Assembly: GCA_965221125.1 (NCBI GenBank)
Contig: CBDCRW010000005.1
Coordinates: 96,001-160,000, forward strand
Direction: 5' to 3'
Length of the DNA: 64,000 nt
Source of the DNA: Alphaproteobacteria bacterium
Lineage (GTDB): Bacteria; Pseudomonadota; Alphaproteobacteria; UBA828
The notes below the pieces were generated by a model. The model was not told where the DNA came from, ran no database searches, and worked only from the letters and a program-made list of their open reading frames with translations. Every line of letters begins with the position of its first letter. The stretch's first letter is position 1. A program made the translations under genes and the position numbers. Shown one piece after another: positions 47,698-57,138 of this stretch.

Positions 47698-49983
47698 ATG
47701 ACGGAGATTCATCTGGCAGGCTACTGCGACCGCTTCAGCGCGCGGCCGGGCGAGCGGCTCGACATCATGGTGAGCGCGGAGGGCACGGATGAGGCGGCGG
47801 TCCAGCTCGTGCGCCTGATCCACGGCGACGAGAACCCGGAGGGCCCGGGCTTCGTCGAGCGCGAGGTGGACGCGGCGGTGAACGGGACCCACGCCGTCGC
47901 CAAGCAGCACACGCAATTGGGGAGCTTCGTCCGCGTCGCGGACCCGGACGGCAGGCTCGCGCCTTCCAGTCCCTTCACGCTCTGGGCCTACATCTGGGCG
48001 CGGACGCCGGCGCAAGGCCGCCAGGGCATCCTCACCCGCTGGCAGGAGGCCGACGGCTGCGGCTACGCGCTGGAAATCGGCGAGGACGGCGCGCTGGCGT
48101 TCCGCGCAGGCGACGGCGCGGCCACGGACTCGCTCTCGGCTGACGTTCCGCTCATCGCGCGCCAGTGGTACCTGGTGGCGGCGTCATATGATCCCGCGAG
48201 CGGCGAGGCCACGCTCTACCAGGAGCCGGTCGAGAACCGCTACAGCAACCACCTCTCCAAGATCGTGCCGCTCGAGCGTTCCTGCCACGCGAGCGGGCGG
48301 CTCGGCGTCGCGCCGGCGGCGGCGGACGCGGACTTTCTCTGGGCCGCCGCGGGCGACCGCGCGGCCGGGCGGGGCCCGTTCGCGAGCTGCCTATACAACG
48401 GCAAGATCGACCGCGCGGGCGTCGCCGGCACGGTGCTGAACCGGCGCGCGCTGGACGGGGCGCGGGCAGCGGGCGGCGCACCGGCAACCGATGCCGTGCT
48501 CGCTGCCTGGGACACCACGGAAGGCTACAGCGCGACCGGCATCGGCGACACGGTCGTCGACACCGGCCCCCACGGCCTCCACGGCGCGGGCGTCAACCGC
48601 CCGGTGCGGGGCATGACCGGCTTCAACTGGAGCGGCCACGAGGACTGCTTCCGCCACGCGCCCGCACAGTTCGGCGGCATCGAGTTCCACGAGGACGCGC
48701 TCGCCGACTGCGGCTGGCAGCCCACCATCTCCATGAAGGTGCCGGACGTGAAGAGCGGCGTCTACGCCGCGCGCCTCACGGCGGGCGATGCGGTGGAGCA
48801 CGTGGTCTTCTTCCTCCGCCCGAAGCAGCCCACCGCGCCCATCGCCATGCTGATGCCCACCTGCAGCTACCTGGCCTACGCCAACGAGCGCATCGGTCTC
48901 GCCACCGGCATCGCCCAGGTGCTGAGCAGCCAGGTGACGGTGATCCACGAGTGGGACCTGGAGCTGCGCAAGCGGCCGGAGTACGGCGCCTCCTGCTACG
49001 ACAGCCACCGCGACGGGGCGGGCGTGTGCTACTCCACGCGGCTCCGGCCGATCCTCAACATGCGCCCCCGCCACCGCATGGCGCCCACCGTCGTGCCCTG
49101 GCAGTTCCCGGCCGATCTCTCGATCATCTACTGGCTCGAGACCATGGGCTACGACTACGACGTGATCACCGACGAGGACCTGCACCAGGAGGGGCTCGCC
49201 TGCCTCGAGCCCTACAACGTCGTCATCAACGCCACCCACGCCGAGTACTATTCCGAGCGCATGATGAACGCGACCGAGGACTACCTCGCGTCCGGCGGCA
49301 GGCTCATGTACCTCTCCGGCAACGGCTACTACTGGGTCGTCTCCTTCCGCGACGGCGACATGGACGTGATGGAGGTGCGCCGGCTCGACATGGGCACGCG
49401 GGCCTGGAACGCCGAGCCCGGCGAGCACTACATGGTGAGCAACGGGGAGCGCGGCGGCCTCTGGCGCGGGCGCGGGCGGGCGCCCCAGAAGCTGCTCGGC
49501 ACCGGGTTCACCTCCGAGGGCATGGACGAATCCAAGCCCTACCGCAAGATGCCGGATGCCGACAACCCGGCGGCCTCGTGGATCTTCGACGGGATCGACG
49601 GCGACATCATCGGCGACGCGGGGCTCGGCATCGGCGGCGCCGCCGGCATCGAGTTCGACCGTTACGACCTCGCCCTCGGCACCCCGCCGCACACGCTGAT
49701 CCTCGCCTCCTCCGAGGGCCATTCGGACAACTTCCCGCTCGTGGTGGAGGACATCCTCTGCAACTACCCCGGCATGGGCGGTACGCAGGACCACCGCGTG
49801 CGCGCGGACATGACCTACTTCACGACGCCGGGGGACGGCGCGGTGTGGTCCGCCAGCTCCATCGCCTGGGGCCAGGCGCTCCCCATCAACGCCTGCGACA
49901 ACAGCGCGTCGCGGGTCACCGCCAACGTGTTGAACGCGTTCATGAAGGATGGGCCTTTGCCGGGGGTTGGGGGTAAGGAATGA
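47698..49983 (+). CDS. N,N-dimethylformamidase large (beta) subunit family protein
   Basis: LamG-like N-terminal region, then 'SYLAYANE', 'SCYDSHRDG', 'THAEYYS', 'YLSGNGYYW' and 'GIEFD'. Confidence 0.88.
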   Translation: MTEIHLAGYCDRFSARPGERLDIMVSAEGTDEAAVQLVRLIHGDENPEGPGFVEREVDAAVNGTHAVAKQHTQLGSFVRVADPDGRLAPSSPFTLWAYIWARTPAQGRQGILTRWQEADGCGYALEIGEDGALAFRAGDGAATDSLSADVPLIARQWYLVAASYDPASGEATLYQEPVENRYSNHLSKIVPLERSCHASGRLGVAPAAADADFLWAAAGDRAAGRGPFASCLYNGKIDRAGVAGTVLNRRALDGARAAGGAPATDAVLAAWDTTEGYSATGIGDTVVDTGPHGLHGAGVNRPVRGMTGFNWSGHEDCFRHAPAQFGGIEFHEDALADCGWQPTISMKVPDVKSGVYAARLTAGDAVEHVVFFLRPKQPTAPIAMLMPTCSYLAYANERIGLATGIAQVLSSQVTVIHEWDLELRKRPEYGASCYDSHRDGAGVCYSTRLRPILNMRPRHRMAPTVVPWQFPADLSIIYWLETMGYDYDVITDEDLHQEGLACLEPYNVVINATHAEYYSERMMNATEDYLASGGRLMYLSGNGYYWVVSFRDGDMDVMEVRRLDMGTRAWNAEPGEHYMVSNGERGGLWRGRGRAPQKLLGTGFTSEGMDESKPYRKMPDADNPAASWIFDGIDGDIIGDAGLGIGGAAGIEFDRYDLALGTPPHTLILASSEGHSDNFPLVVEDILCNYPGMGGTQDHRVRADMTYFTTPGDGAVWSASSIAWGQALPINACDNSASRVTANVLNAFMKDGPLPGVGGKE

Positions 49984-50050
49984 GTGGTTGTGTGGTAGAA
50001 TGACACTGGCCACTCGTGGTGACACTCGATGCGGCGCCAGATTGGATGAA

Positions 50051-50150
50051 ATGAGCACGCTTGGCGACAATCTGATCCGTTCACTTGAGGAAGCAGTGGC
50101 TCATGCCAATGGCGACGGTCCTGGGATTGTCCATAAGCCCAAGACCCCAC
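50051..50150 (+). pseudogene. N-terminal fragment of a HigA-like antitoxin
   Basis: 'MSTLGDNLIRSLEEAVAHANGDGPGIVHKP' with no HTH following. Confidence 0.5.
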
Positions 50151-50311
50151 AACGTTTGAGGACAGGAAACACTCCAGTGAACGCAGTGGGCGCGGTCGAG
50201 GAGACAGACTTATCGTCGTCTGGCAGCTCGGCTCGGTGAGTGCGTAAGTACCACACTCCAACCGACTATGTACGTTAGACGACTATCTCTTGCCATTGAG
50301 AGGCAACTGCG

Positions 50312-50956
50312 ATGCGGCACTGCGAGGGAAGCGTACTATCGGCCTTCAGCATAGATCATGCAGCCTCCATTACCGGTCTGTCGAAAGCCCGCTTGACCAA
50401 ATGGGATCGTCTTGGATTTTTTGCTCCAGAATATATCGGTGATGACGACCGCCGTAACCCCTACTCCCGTGTGTATTCGTTTGTAGACCTTGTGGGGCTT
50501 CGAACACTTAAGCTCCTTGCCGACAATTACCGAGTCCCACTTCGTGAACTTCGCACAGCAGCAGAGGAGCTAAGGAAGCGTTCGGATCGTCCCTGGTCCG
50601 AAATCCCGCTCGCCGTATTGAAACGAAGAGTGGTATTTGATCTTGACACGTCGCCTCGAAACGTCACCGACGGCCAATATGCAATCAAACATATTCCGCT
50701 TCAGCCTATCGCTCAAGAAATCAGAGAGCAAGCAGAGAAGCTGCGTCGTCGAGATGCTTCTCAAATTGGACACACTGAAAAACGCAAATTTATTCAGCAC
50801 AATACAGAGGTCATTTCTGGAACAAGAATACCCGTATCTGCAATAGGCAGCTTTATTGACGCAGGATATAGCAATCGCAAAATCCTTAAAGAATATCCAT
50901 CCCTAGCACTGGGTGATATTGAGGCTGTGCGTCAAAGAGCCAAGTCTGCCGCTTAG
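50312..50956 (+). CDS. MerR-like HTH + DUF433 antitoxin (VapB45-like)
   Basis: N-terminal HTH '...RVYSFVDLVGLR' and C-terminal 'VISGTRIPVSAI...ILKEYPSL'. Low GC. Confidence 0.85.
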   Translation: MRHCEGSVLSAFSIDHAASITGLSKARLTKWDRLGFFAPEYIGDDDRRNPYSRVYSFVDLVGLRTLKLLADNYRVPLRELRTAAEELRKRSDRPWSEIPLAVLKRRVVFDLDTSPRNVTDGQYAIKHIPLQPIAQEIREQAEKLRRRDASQIGHTEKRKFIQHNTEVISGTRIPVSAIGSFIDAGYSNRKILKEYPSLALGDIEAVRQRAKSAA

Positions 50957-50970
50957 CACTATCCGTCCAA

Positions 50971-51354
50971 ATGAAGTTTTTCGCCGACCACAATGTCACA
51001 GAGTCGGTGTGCCGACTTCTGGAAGAGAGGGGGCATGAGGTAGTCCGTCTGAGAGACGAACTTCCTCCGGATTCGCCCGACCCGGTTGTCGCGAAGTACG
51101 CCGAGCAAATAGACGCAGTCTTGATCAGCCATGATCGCGACTTCAGAAAAATTGCTCCTAGAATTCCTCGCGGTGGCAAGGCGAGGTTTCGGAGGCTAAG
51201 TCGAATTCATTTGCAGTGCGACTATCCTGAGGCCGAAAACCGCGTCGCCGCTGCATTGGGTCTCGTGGAATTCGAGTGGAACCTCGCGCAAGAGAGGGCT
51301 GACAAACGTATCCACATTGTCATCCAGAAAACGGGGATCAAGACAAACCGCTGA
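50971..51354 (+). CDS. DUF5615 PIN-like toxin (VapC45-like)
   Basis: 'MKFFADHNV...GHEVVRL...PDPVV...VLISHDRDF'. Confidence 0.88.
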   Translation: MKFFADHNVTESVCRLLEERGHEVVRLRDELPPDSPDPVVAKYAEQIDAVLISHDRDFRKIAPRIPRGGKARFRRLSRIHLQCDYPEAENRVAAALGLVEFEWNLAQERADKRIHIVIQKTGIKTNR

Positions 51355-51543
51355 TGTGCTAACCCCCGTGCTGCCCCAGCTGAAGCGGCAGATGGGCTTC
51401 TTCATCTGGGTCATCGTTTGGGACGGACCGTTGGGTCGGCGCACGCGAGAGCGTGGGCAAGCCCACACCCCCACCGCTTTGAGCACTCCGGCCTCTGCCG
51501 CTATGGTATCGCCCCGCGAGGCGGTGAGGGGGAGCTGAGAGGA

Positions 51544-52890
51544 ATGAGCGAGGCGGCAAGCGGCCCGATGCGCTTTACGGGCACCAGCGACGAGGTCATC
51601 GACTGGCTGCGCGCCAACGGCGTGCAGCGCGTCCGCATCGAGTACTGCGACTACGGCGGCGTCGCCCGCGGCAAGGCCATGGACGTCGCCCACTTCGCGC
51701 ATTCGCTGCACCACGGCATCGCCTTCTGCGCCACGGTGCTGGCCTTCGACATCGCCGGCAACGTGGTGCCGGGCACCGACTACGGCGAGACCATCGGCTA
51801 CGCCGACTTCATCGCGAAGCCGGACCTCTCGAGCCTGCGCATCCTGCGCCACGAGGCCGACACCGCGCTGGTGATGGGCACGCTCGTCTGGCCCGACGGG
51901 CGGCCGGTCGAGGGCGACCCCCGCAACGTGCTGCACCGCGTGGCCGGGCGCATGGAGGCGATGGGCTTTGGCGCCACCTGCGCGCCGGAGTTCGAGTTCT
52001 TCCTGCTCGACGGCGAGCACGAGATGGTCGACGTCGGCGTGCAGTGCTACTCGATGCAGAAGCGCACCCAGTTCCTCGCCGAAGAATATTCGCTGCTGGA
52101 CGCGGCCGCCGCTCACGGCCAGCTCGAGTGCAGCCACTACGAGTACGGCCCCGGCCAATACGAGGTCAGCATCCGCCACCAGCCGGTGCGCCAGATGGGC
52201 GACGACGGCCATCTCTTCCGCGCCTCCATGAAGGAGGCGGCGATGCAGATGGGCAACCGCGTCACCTTCATGGCCAAGCCCTTCGACAAGATGACCGGCA
52301 ACTCCTGTCACTTCCACCTGTCCCTGGTGGACGGCGACGGCAACAACGCATTCGCAGCACCGGACGAACCGCATCGCATCAACGACACCTGCCGGCACTT
52401 CATCGGCGGCGTGCTGGCGCGGCTCTCGGAGCTCACGGCCATCTTCTTCCCCAACTCGAACTCGTACCGCAGGCTCGTGCCCGGCCTCTTCGCACCGATC
52501 TCGCTCGCCTGGGGCGTGGACAACCGCACCGCGGCGATCCGCGTCATCAACGAGAGCCCGGCCGCGACCCGGCCGGAACTCCGCGTCTGCGGCGGGGACG
52601 TGAACGTCTACCTGGCACTCGCCGCCTACCTCGCCGCCGGCCTCGACGGCATCGCGAACAAGACCGATCCGGGCCCGGCGGCGGAGGGCGACCTCGACAT
52701 GCAGGAGCTGCCCCGGCTGCCCGACGACTGGGGCGAGGCGCTCGACAGGTTCGAGGCGTCGGAGCTGGCCAAGGACTGGTTCGGCGAGGAGTTCTGCCGC
52801 AACTACGCCACGGTCAAGCGCTACGAGTACGACGACGTCCGCCGCCAGGTGCCGGACACCGAGCGCGCGCGCTACGTGGAGTGGTTGTAG
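51544..52890 (+). CDS. Glutamine synthetase family protein (gamma-glutamyl-amine ligase type)
   Basis: 'APEFEFFL', 'EYGPGQYE', 'TFMAKP...GNSCHFHLSL' and 'WGVDNRTAAIR'. Confidence 0.92.
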   Translation: MSEAASGPMRFTGTSDEVIDWLRANGVQRVRIEYCDYGGVARGKAMDVAHFAHSLHHGIAFCATVLAFDIAGNVVPGTDYGETIGYADFIAKPDLSSLRILRHEADTALVMGTLVWPDGRPVEGDPRNVLHRVAGRMEAMGFGATCAPEFEFFLLDGEHEMVDVGVQCYSMQKRTQFLAEEYSLLDAAAAHGQLECSHYEYGPGQYEVSIRHQPVRQMGDDGHLFRASMKEAAMQMGNRVTFMAKPFDKMTGNSCHFHLSLVDGDGNNAFAAPDEPHRINDTCRHFIGGVLARLSELTAIFFPNSNSYRRLVPGLFAPISLAWGVDNRTAAIRVINESPAATRPELRVCGGDVNVYLALAAYLAAGLDGIANKTDPGPAAEGDLDMQELPRLPDDWGEALDRFEASELAKDWFGEEFCRNYATVKRYEYDDVRRQVPDTERARYVEWL

Positions 52891-53000
52891 GGCGAGTCCG
52901 ACGAAGTCGGACTCGCCCTACAGGCCGCGACAGCGGCTCGCCGCGTATGCGGCGCCCTCGCGGAGGCGTCGGCCGCAGGCCGACTGCCGTGAGCGATAAA
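52886..53000 (-). repeat. Dispersed structured repeat, copy 3 (inverted), joined to a GTAG-type REP-like palindrome
   Basis: Core 52922-52996 is the reverse complement of copies 1 and 2. The flank is TGTAGGGCGAGTCCGAC..GTCGGACTCGCCCTACA. Confidence 0.85.
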
Positions 53001-53016
53001 GAAACAATCTTCCCCG

Positions 53017-54246
53017 CTACAGCGGCTCGCCGCGCGCAAGCCGGGGCAGGTCGCCGGCGAGGCCCATGGCGTGGCGCATGAAGAAGCGCTTGAGCGGCGG
53101 CATCTCGTTGACCGCCGCGAGGCCTGCGTCGCGGATCAGGCGCAAGCCCTGACTCTCGTTGGAGAAGAGCCGGTTCAGCCCGTCGGTCACGCCGATCAGC
53201 ACCACCGAATCGAAGCGCCGCCGGCGCTGATAGTGCGTGAGCACGTCGCCCTCGCCGATGTCGAGGCCGAGCCGCGCGCGGTCGACGACGAGCTCGGCCA
53301 GCACCGCGGCGTCGCGGATGCCGAGGTTGAAGCCCTGGCCCGCGAGCGGGTGGATCGCGTGGGCCGCATCGCCGGCGAGCGCGAGGCGGGGCGCGGTGTA
53401 GCGCTTGGCATGGGTGAGCCTGAGGGGATAGCTCCAGCGCGGGCCCGTGGGCTCCAGCGCGCCCAGGAAGTCGCCGAAGCGCGCGCCGAGCTCGCGCGCG
53501 AAAATCTCCGGCGGAGCCTCCATCAGGGCCGGCGCGAGGGCCGCCCGCTCGGTCCACACCAGCGAGGAGCGGTTGCCGGTCATCGGCAGGATGGCGAAGG
53601 GGCCGGCCGGCAGGAAGCGCTCGTGTGCGATGCCCCGGTGCGCCCGCTCGTGGGCGACCGTGCAGACGATCCCCGTCTGCTCGTACGACCAGCGCACGGC
53701 CTCGATCCCGGCGGCGGCGCGCAGCCTGGAGTTGGCGCCGTCGCAGGCGACCGCGAGGCGGGCGCGGACGCACCTGCCGTCCGCGAGCCGGGCCTCGACG
53801 GCGCCAGCCGTGGGCTCCAGCGCCTCGACCGAAGCCGGCGCCACGAGGCGGAGCGCCGGCAGCGCCGCCGCCCGCGCGAGCAAGGCCGCGCGGATGGCCC
53901 GGTTCTCCACGATGAAACCAAGCGGGTCCTCGCCCACGGTCTTGTGGTCGTAGTGGAGGAAAAGCGGCGCATCGTTGTCCGAGACGCGGATCTCCAGGAT
54001 CGGCTGGGCGTCGCCTGCGAGCGCGGGCCAGAGGCCGATGCCGTCCAGCACGCGCATGGAGCCGAGGGCGATGGACGAGACCCGCCCGTCGAACGCGGCA
54101 TCCTTCATCGCCTCCGGCGGCGCGCCGTCGACGACGACCGTCTCAATTCCGGCGCTGCCGAGCGCGACACCGAGGGTAAGCCCGACGAGGCCGCCACCGA
54201 CGATGACGACGTCGCTCTCGATACGCCCGTCAGGCCCGGCCGCCAT
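53017..54246 (-). CDS. UbiH/UbiL/COQ6-family ubiquinone biosynthesis flavin hydroxylase
   Basis: GGGLVG, 'DGRVSSI', 'ERFLPAGPFAILP' and 'GDAAHAIHPLAGQGFNLG'. Confidence 0.93.
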   Translation of the reverse strand: MAAGPDGRIESDVVIVGGGLVGLTLGVALGSAGIETVVVDGAPPEAMKDAAFDGRVSSIALGSMRVLDGIGLWPALAGDAQPILEIRVSDNDAPLFLHYDHKTVGEDPLGFIVENRAIRAALLARAAALPALRLVAPASVEALEPTAGAVEARLADGRCVRARLAVACDGANSRLRAAAGIEAVRWSYEQTGIVCTVAHERAHRGIAHERFLPAGPFAILPMTGNRSSLVWTERAALAPALMEAPPEIFARELGARFGDFLGALEPTGPRWSYPLRLTHAKRYTAPRLALAGDAAHAIHPLAGQGFNLGIRDAAVLAELVVDRARLGLDIGEGDVLTHYQRRRRFDSVVLIGVTDGLNRLFSNESQGLRLIRDAGLAAVNEMPPLKRFFMRHAMGLAGDLPRLARGEPL

Positions 54247-54278
54247 GTCCTGCTCTCGGCCTCGTTCGCCGTACCGGG

Positions 54279-54779
54279 CTAGCGCTTGAGGCCCGAAAGA
54301 TCCCAGCCTACCTGGTTGTACATGTCGGGCGCGTTCCAGAGGCCGCGCAGGTACGTGATCCTGCCGTTCTCGACGAAGCAGAGCTGGGAGAACTGGCAGT
54401 CAAAGCGCTGGCCGTTGCCCGGCAGGCCGAAATAGTCCTTCGTGATGGTGCCGCTCATCCAGCCCATGTCGCAGACGACGTTGCCTTGGACGCAGAAGGC
54501 CTCGATATGGAGCGAGAGGTCGGGCACCGCGTCGAGCCAGCCGCCGCCGAATTCGCGGATCGCGTCATGACCTATTGCCGGCGGCAGGGTGATGTCGTGA
54601 TAGACCCCGTCTTCCGCCATCACGGCCACCACCTCCTCGATGTCCTGGCTCGACCAGCCCCGGCACTGCCTGACGAGCAGCGCCAGGTTGTCGCGCTCGG
54701 CGTCGCTCATCTCGCCCAAGCTTTCGACCGGCTCGTCGGCCAGATTGCGCTCGCTCATCAACCACTCGCGTGTGCCCAT
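54279..54779 (-). CDS. SnoaL/NTF2-like fold protein
   Basis: 'MAEDGVYHD...GHDAIREF...PDL...ENGRITYLRGLWN'. Confidence 0.8.
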   Translation of the reverse strand: MGTREWLMSERNLADEPVESLGEMSDAERDNLALLVRQCRGWSSQDIEEVVAVMAEDGVYHDITLPPAIGHDAIREFGGGWLDAVPDLSLHIEAFCVQGNVVCDMGWMSGTITKDYFGLPGNGQRFDCQFSQLCFVENGRITYLRGLWNAPDMYNQVGWDLSGLKR

Positions 54780-54909
54780 GCGCCTCTCCTTCGCTCGCGC
54801 CGGTGCGGCGCGCGTCCGCCGTATCATCCCACCAACCCGGACTTCCCGCCACGGCCGCGGCGCCTGCGGGATTTGAAAGAAACTCATGCCGGCGCATAAT
54901 GCCGCGGCG

Positions 54910-55119
54910 ATGGCGGACGTGACGGCAGAACGGCGCGGGCTCGGCGGCAGAGGCCGCCGCAGGCTCCTGATCGGGGCGGGGGCGGCGCTTGGCCTGGGGC
55001 TGGTGGCCGCCAATTGGGGCACCTGCTGCGCGCTCGCCGCCGACGCCTACCAGAGCGTCACCGACTCCTACCTCGTCATGTGGATCGAGCGCGCGGGCAC
55101 CGCGCTCGGCTGCTTCTAG
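54910..55119 (+). CDS. Small hypothetical protein with twin-arginine-like hydrophobic N-terminus
   Basis: 'RRRLLIGAGAALGLGLVAANW', with high-GC3 codons. Confidence 0.45.
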   Translation: MADVTAERRGLGGRGRRRLLIGAGAALGLGLVAANWGTCCALAADAYQSVTDSYLVMWIERAGTALGCF

Positions 55120-55158
55120 CCCGCATTTGCCCCGGGGCCGCCGGGCGCCGGAGGAACC

Positions 55159-55962
55159 ATGCCGAAATTCGCCGCCAACCTCAGCTTCCTCTTCCAGGAG
55201 CACGATTTTCTCGACCGCTTCGCGGCGGCGCGGCGCGCGGGTTTTCGAGCGGTCGAGTATCTGTTCCCCTACGACCTCGCGCCGCCGGCGGAGATCGCGG
55301 GCCGGCTCCAGGACAACGGCCTCACCCAGGTGCTCTTCAACCTCGGCCAGGGGGACTGGGAGGCCGGCGAGCGCGGCATCGTCGCGCTGCCCGGCAGACA
55401 GGACGACGTGCGGCGCGCGGTGGACGACGCGCTCCGCTACGCCGATGCGCTCGGCTGCCGCCAGCTCCACGTGATGGCGGGCCTGGTGCCGGAGGGCGCG
55501 GACGAGCGCGCCTACGAGGACACGTTCGCCGGAAACCTCGCCTACGCGGCCGATGCGTTAGGCCGCGAGGGCGTCCGCGCGCTCGTCGAGCCGCTGAACA
55601 CGATCGACATGCCGGGCTACCTGCTCACCACCGCCGGCCAGGCGCAGCGGCTGATCGAGACGGTCGGCAGCAAGAACCTGTTCCTGCAGTACGACTTCTA
55701 TCACCGCCAGATCATGGAAGGCAGCCTCGCCACCGGCTTCGCGCAGTACCGGGACATCGTCAGCCACATCCAGATCTCCGGCGTGCCCGGCCGCCACGAG
55801 CCCGACGTCGGCGAGATCAACTACCCCTACCTCTTCGACATGCTGGATAACGCGGGCTACGACGGCTGGATCGGCTGCGAGTACCGGCCCAAGGGGGGCA
55901 CGCTGGAGGGCCTGGGCTGGCTCATGCCCTACGGCATCGGCGCTGCGGTAATCACCGCCTGA
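55159..55962 (+). CDS. Hydroxypyruvate isomerase family (Hyi/OtnI)
   Basis: 'MPKFAANLSFLF', 'VEYLFPY', 'DFYHRQIMEG', 'PGRHEPDVGEINY' and 'GCEYRP'. Confidence 0.93.
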   Translation: MPKFAANLSFLFQEHDFLDRFAAARRAGFRAVEYLFPYDLAPPAEIAGRLQDNGLTQVLFNLGQGDWEAGERGIVALPGRQDDVRRAVDDALRYADALGCRQLHVMAGLVPEGADERAYEDTFAGNLAYAADALGREGVRALVEPLNTIDMPGYLLTTAGQAQRLIETVGSKNLFLQYDFYHRQIMEGSLATGFAQYRDIVSHIQISGVPGRHEPDVGEINYPYLFDMLDNAGYDGWIGCEYRPKGGTLEGLGWLMPYGIGAAVITA

Positions 55963-55997
55963 ACCGCCGGGGTGCGGCGGCGACAAAGGGGACGACG

Positions 55998-56633
55998 ATG
56001 AGCGACGACACCTATCAGGACATCGGCTACGGCGCGATGGAGATCGGCTTCGGCGAGCGGCCGGGCGTCCTCGTGGTCGACTTCCAGACCGGCTTCACCC
56101 AGCCGCAATTCCCCATGGGGGGCTGCCCGCTGGTGCATCGCGCCGTGGAGAACACCGCGCGGGTGCTCGAAGCCGCCCGCGCGGCGCGGGTGCCGGTCGC
56201 CAACTGCTACACCGCCTATCACTCCGAGGGCGACATGCCCTACTGGAAGATCGCGCCTGTGCGCGAGAACTTCTTCGAGGGAGACCCCTGCGCCGAGATG
56301 GAGCCCCGCACCTCCGACCCCGACTACGACTACATCCTGCGCAAGTCCGGCCCCTCGATCTTCTTCCAGACGCCGGTCACGGCCTTCCTCACCAAGCACG
56401 GGGTGGACACGACCATCGTCATGGGCTGCATGACCAGCGGCTGCATCCGCGCCTCGGTGATCGATTCCTTCTCCTACGGCTACCGCACCATGGTGCCGGA
56501 GGACTGCGTCGGCGATGCCGACGAGCGCCCGCACCGGGACAACCTGCGCGACGTGGGCCGGCGCTACGCCGACATCGTCTCGTCCGAGCGCGTGCTGGAC
56601 TACCTCGACGAGATCAGGAAAAGAAACGTCTGA
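55998..56633 (+). CDS. Isochorismatase-family amidohydrolase (N-carbamoylsarcosine amidase/maleamate amidohydrolase-like)
   Basis: 'VLVVDFQ', 'KSGPSIFFQT' and 'GCMTSGCIRASVID'. Confidence 0.9.
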   Translation: MSDDTYQDIGYGAMEIGFGERPGVLVVDFQTGFTQPQFPMGGCPLVHRAVENTARVLEAARAARVPVANCYTAYHSEGDMPYWKIAPVRENFFEGDPCAEMEPRTSDPDYDYILRKSGPSIFFQTPVTAFLTKHGVDTTIVMGCMTSGCIRASVIDSFSYGYRTMVPEDCVGDADERPHRDNLRDVGRRYADIVSSERVLDYLDEIRKRNV

Positions 56634-56645
56634 AGGCGGCCAAAC

Positions 56646-56939
56646 CTAACAAGACGGCCTGAGCCGGTAGGGATCGGGCGAAGGCGCGATGTCGGCGCGG
56701 CCGGGCGCGAGCGCCTGCCCCTTCAGGGCCGCAGCGCGCAGAGTCGCCTCGTCGACGGCGCGCTTCTCGTTGAGCGCGCGGGCGAGCGAGAGCGCCGCGC
56801 GCCGCGTCTGGCAGGTGCCGACGAAGGCGTAGAGCCGGCGCCCCCTGGCGTGCTCCTCGGCCCGGACGACGCGCCAGGTCGAGTCCTCGCCTACCAGCCC
56901 CTCCACGACCAGGTAGTGGGTGGGCGTCTCCTCACTCAT
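56646..56939 (-). CDS. Hypothetical protein
   Basis: ORF with plausible composition 'MSEETPTHYLVVEGLVGEDSTWRVV'; no family recognised. Confidence 0.45.
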   Translation of the reverse strand: MSEETPTHYLVVEGLVGEDSTWRVVRAEEHARGRRLYAFVGTCQTRRAALSLARALNEKRAVDEATLRAAALKGQALAPGRADIAPSPDPYRLRPSC

Positions 56940-57009
56940 GGCGCCGAGGCTAGACCCGCGCGCGGACCCCGGCAACCCGTTCGCCCGCTTGCGTGGAAGA
57001 TGGGAGCCG

Positions 57010-57121
57010 GCCCCCTCCTCTCCCCGTCCCTCTCCTCCCCAGGGAGGAGAGGGGGCGCCACCCGGCCGGGCTACGTCCCCCCTCCGCCCTCCGGGGGGAG
57101 GGGGACAGGGGGAGGTGGGGG
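57010..57121. repeat. C/G-tract palindromic intergenic repeat, copy A
   Basis: CCCTCTCCTCCC..GGGAGGAGAGGG hairpin plus CCCCCTCC..GGAGGGGGACAGGGGGAGGTGGG. An inverted homolog lies at 62898-63010. Confidence 0.75.
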
Positions 57122-57138
57122 TCGCTCGGTGGATATGG

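Noticed and set aside
52930-53035. 16-bp match ACAGCGGCTCGCCGCG between repeat copy 3 and the ubiH-like 3' end, considered as a TSD
   Set aside because: One copy is internal to the conserved repeat core rather than flanking it, so it is probably a GC-rich coincidence.
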